20,000 nucleotides of DNA from sequence record SRR33789315_92; one strand, written 5' to 3'. A model generated the notes under the pieces. That model made no database searches and had not been told where the DNA came from. It saw only the letters and a list, made by a program, of their open reading frames with translations. Shown here piece after piece: positions 17,808 through 20,000 of the stretch (its first letter is position 1; each line of letters starts with the position of its first letter). A program made the position numbers and the translations under genes.

Positions 17808-18861
17808 GAGGGTAATCAAATTGAGTGAATTAAACCAAGTTGAGAGGTTAGACGAACAGGTATTAGCGGACTATTTAAGTCAGCACTTGCCTAACTTTAC
17901 AGGGCCGGTAACTGCAACTAAATTTGCTGGTGGTCAATCGAATCCAACGTTCAAATTGCACACTAAAACACAAACCTATGTGCTTAGACGACAACCGCCG
18001 GGTAAGTTGCTCAAATCTGCCCATGCTGTAGACAGAGAGTATAAAGTCATTGCCGCCTTACAGGGTTCTAAAGTGCCTGTAGCAGAGGTGTATCACTTAT
18101 GTGAAGACCCTAGTGTTATTGGTAGTCTTTTTTATATTATGGAATACGTTGAAGGCCGTGTATTTTGGGATAGTTCTTTACCGCAAATAGCCAACAACCA
18201 ACAACGTAGCCAAATGTATCAACAAATGGTTGAAGTATTGGTTGCACTCCATAGTGTTGATATAGAAAAAGTAGGGTTAAGTGATTTTGGACGTGCTGGC
18301 AATTACTTTGAGCGTCAATTAAGTCGCTGGAGTCAGCAATATCGTCTCTCAGAAACCCATGAAATAACTGAAATGGATGAGCTTATCTCGTGGTTAGAAT
18401 CAAATTTACCTGCAGATGATGGGCGGGTGTCATTAGTACACGGCGACTACCGTATGGACAATTTAATGTTTCATGCTACCCAGCCTAAAATAGTGGCAGT
18501 ATTAGATTGGGAGTTATCGACGCTTGGGCATCCTTTTGCTGATCTTGCCTACCAATGTATGCAATTACGTTTACCTGAAAATGTCGGCAAAGCTACAGGC
18601 CTAGGCGATGTTAATCGTGCAGTACTTGGTATACCCGAAGAACAAGAATATGTAGCTAGTTATTGCCGCTTAATGGGCATTGAAAAAATAACAAATTGGA
18701 ACTTCTATCTCGCCTTCAGTTTCTTCCGCCTTGCAGCGATAGCTCAGGGCGTCGCAAAACGTGCGCAAGATGGTAATGCCTCCAATAAAGATGCACTAAA
18801 AATAGGGGCGCTGGTTAAACCCTTAGCCGTTTACGCCGGACAGTTGATTAAATCTAAGTAA
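17794..18861 (+). CDS. APH/choline-kinase-like phosphotransferase (ACAD10/11 N-terminal kinase type)
   Basis: [22 protein letters not shown], catalytic HGDYRMDN (18439-18462), [12 protein letters not shown]. Alternative start TTG 17821 preceded by GAGGG. Confidence 0.9.
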   Translation: MPTPKRVIKLSELNQVERLDEQVLADYLSQHLPNFTGPVTATKFAGGQSNPTFKLHTKTQTYVLRRQPPGKLLKSAHAVDREYKVIAALQGSKVPVAEVYHLCEDPSVIGSLFYIMEYVEGRVFWDSSLPQIANNQQRSQMYQQMVEVLVALHSVDIEKVGLSDFGRAGNYFERQLSRWSQQYRLSETHEITEMDELISWLESNLPADDGRVSLVHGDYRMDNLMFHATQPKIVAVLDWELSTLGHPFADLAYQCMQLRLPENVGKATGLGDVNRAVLGIPEEQEYVASYCRLMGIEKITNWNFYLAFSFFRLAAIAQGVAKRAQDGNASNKDALKIGALVKPLAVYAGQLIKSK

Positions 18862-18908
18862 TATAAAGCAACTGAGTCACAGTAATACGCACAATGATGG
18901 AGTAATAA

Positions 18909-19883
18909 ATGAAAGCGATAGTTTGTAATGAGTTTGCCCCGGTCGAGGAGCTTCAATATAAAGACGTACCCGATCCTGTGGCTAAAAAAGGCGAGGTTAT
19001 TATTGATATTAAAGCCTGTGGTGTGAACTTTCCTGATGGTTTATTGGTGCAAGGTTTATATCAAATGAAACCCCCCAGACCCTTTATTCCTGGTGGTGAA
19101 GTGGCAGGCGTTATTAGTCAAATTGGTGAGGGAGTCAGTCATCTTAAAATCGGTATGCGTGTTATTGCCTTGTGTATGTTAGGTGGATATGCGGAAAAGG
19201 TAGCGGTACCAGCCACCCATGTTTTACCTATACCCGATGCGATACCTGATGATGAGGCCGCGGCCTTAGTTACTGCCCATGCAACCGCCCATCATGCCTT
19301 GAAACAGCGCGCACAAATTAAACCTGGTGAAACATTATTAGTTACTGGTGCTGCCGGTGGAACAGGCTTAGCTGCAGTGCAAATAGGTAAGCTAATGGGG
19401 GCCAAAGTCATCGCCGTATGTTCCACACAAGAAAAACTTGAGGTGGCTAAAGCGAATGGCGCTGACATACTGATTAATTATAGTGACACGGATCTTAAAA
19501 CCGCCATTAAAGAAGTCACCAACGGTAAAGGCGTGGATGTGGTGTATGAATGTGTGGGGGGCGATACTTTTCATGCCTGTTCACGCAGTATGGCGTGGAA
19601 TGGACGCTTATTAGTGGTCGGTTTTGCGGGAGGGGCTATTCCTGAGTTTCCAGTCAACTTGTGTTTGGTTAAAGGTTATTCTGTGATAGGTGTATTTTGG
19701 GGATCGTTTACCCAACATCAACCTCAGGATTTTGCTGACAATATGCATGAGCTGCTTATTTGGTATGTGCAGGGTAAAGTCAAAGTGATCATTGATGAAG
19801 TTATTCCATTAGATAGAGTTAAAGATGCACTGAATAAAGTCATGGGGCGTAAGGTGAAAGGGAAGGTGAGTTTGCGTCCTTAA
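18909..19883 (+). CDS. NADPH:quinone oxidoreductase / zeta-crystallin-like MDR family protein
   Basis: GVNFPD..GLYQMKP..PFIPGGEVAG, nucleotide-binding LVTGAAGGTGLAAVQ, GRLLVVGFAGG; RBS GGAG. Confidence 0.9.
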   Translation: MKAIVCNEFAPVEELQYKDVPDPVAKKGEVIIDIKACGVNFPDGLLVQGLYQMKPPRPFIPGGEVAGVISQIGEGVSHLKIGMRVIALCMLGGYAEKVAVPATHVLPIPDAIPDDEAAALVTAHATAHHALKQRAQIKPGETLLVTGAAGGTGLAAVQIGKLMGAKVIAVCSTQEKLEVAKANGADILINYSDTDLKTAIKEVTNGKGVDVVYECVGGDTFHACSRSMAWNGRLLVVGFAGGAIPEFPVNLCLVKGYSVIGVFWGSFTQHQPQDFADNMHELLIWYVQGKVKVIIDEVIPLDRVKDALNKVMGRKVKGKVSLRP

Positions 19884-19921
19884 CTCGATATTTAACATGT
19901 TAACTTACTTAATATGACAGC

Positions 19922-19953
19922 AAAAAAAACGGCCTCTTTTGAGGCCGTTTTTT
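19922..19953. terminator. Bidirectional intrinsic terminator
   Basis: A8-CGGCCTC-tttt-GAGGCCG-T6. Confidence 0.9.
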
Positions 19954-19965
19954 AAGGAGAAGCGC

Positions 19966-20000
19966 TTACGCTCCACCACCATGTTGACTGATCCACATGA
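19966..20000 (-). CDS. Possible 3' end of a convergent gene entering from the right edge
   Basis: The minus strand reads ...MWISQHGGGA* (TAA at 19966-19968) directly before the bidirectional terminator; too short to identify. Confidence 0.3.
   Translation of the reverse strand, partial: MWISQHGGGA

Noticed and set aside
17794..18861. Aminoglycoside resistance gene
   Set aside because: APH fold only; the motifs and ACAD linkage indicate the metabolic ACAD10/11-type kinase subfamily.
13895..19574. Small nested ORFs within the TBDR, ACAD and MDR genes, considered as LvaB-like candidates
   Set aside because: All lie inside confident CDSs and most are antisense; none sits as a free-standing gene next to the kinase.
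19892..19903. Palindrome TTAACATGTTAA after the MDR gene
   Set aside because: AT-rich, downstream of a stop codon with no promoter to control; likely chance.

Overview
AT-rich bacterial window; gene content suggests a marine Alteromonadales-type gammaproteobacterium (inference). Three blocks. (1) 1-3657: the 3' part (>1200 aa, open at the left edge) of a very large Gly/Asn-rich, beta-helix-like surface protein ending in a PEP-CTERM sorting signal, with no autotransporter barrel. (2) 3725-12062: a beta-mannan utilisation locus with an AGE-family isomerase and LacI regulator on the - strand, and a sodium:solute symporter, GH130 mannosylglucose phosphorylase, cellobiose/mannobiose 2-epimerase and secreted GH5 mannanase on the + strand. 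A palindrome GTAACCGGTTAC (or a close variant) occurs five times in its three intergenic regions and is the likely LacI operator. (3) 12059-19953: a SAM methyltransferase and a TonB-dependent receptor, divergent from a four-gene operon (histidine phosphatase, Asp-type ACAD10/11-like acyl-CoA dehydrogenase, APH-family kinase, MDR oxidoreductase) resembling a split ACAD10/LvaAC 4-hydroxy-acid pathway. I saw no RNA genes, mobile elements or CRISPR arrays. All gene families are known; the potentially new aspects are the combinations and the regulatory motif. Homology calls rest on recalled motifs, not database searches.
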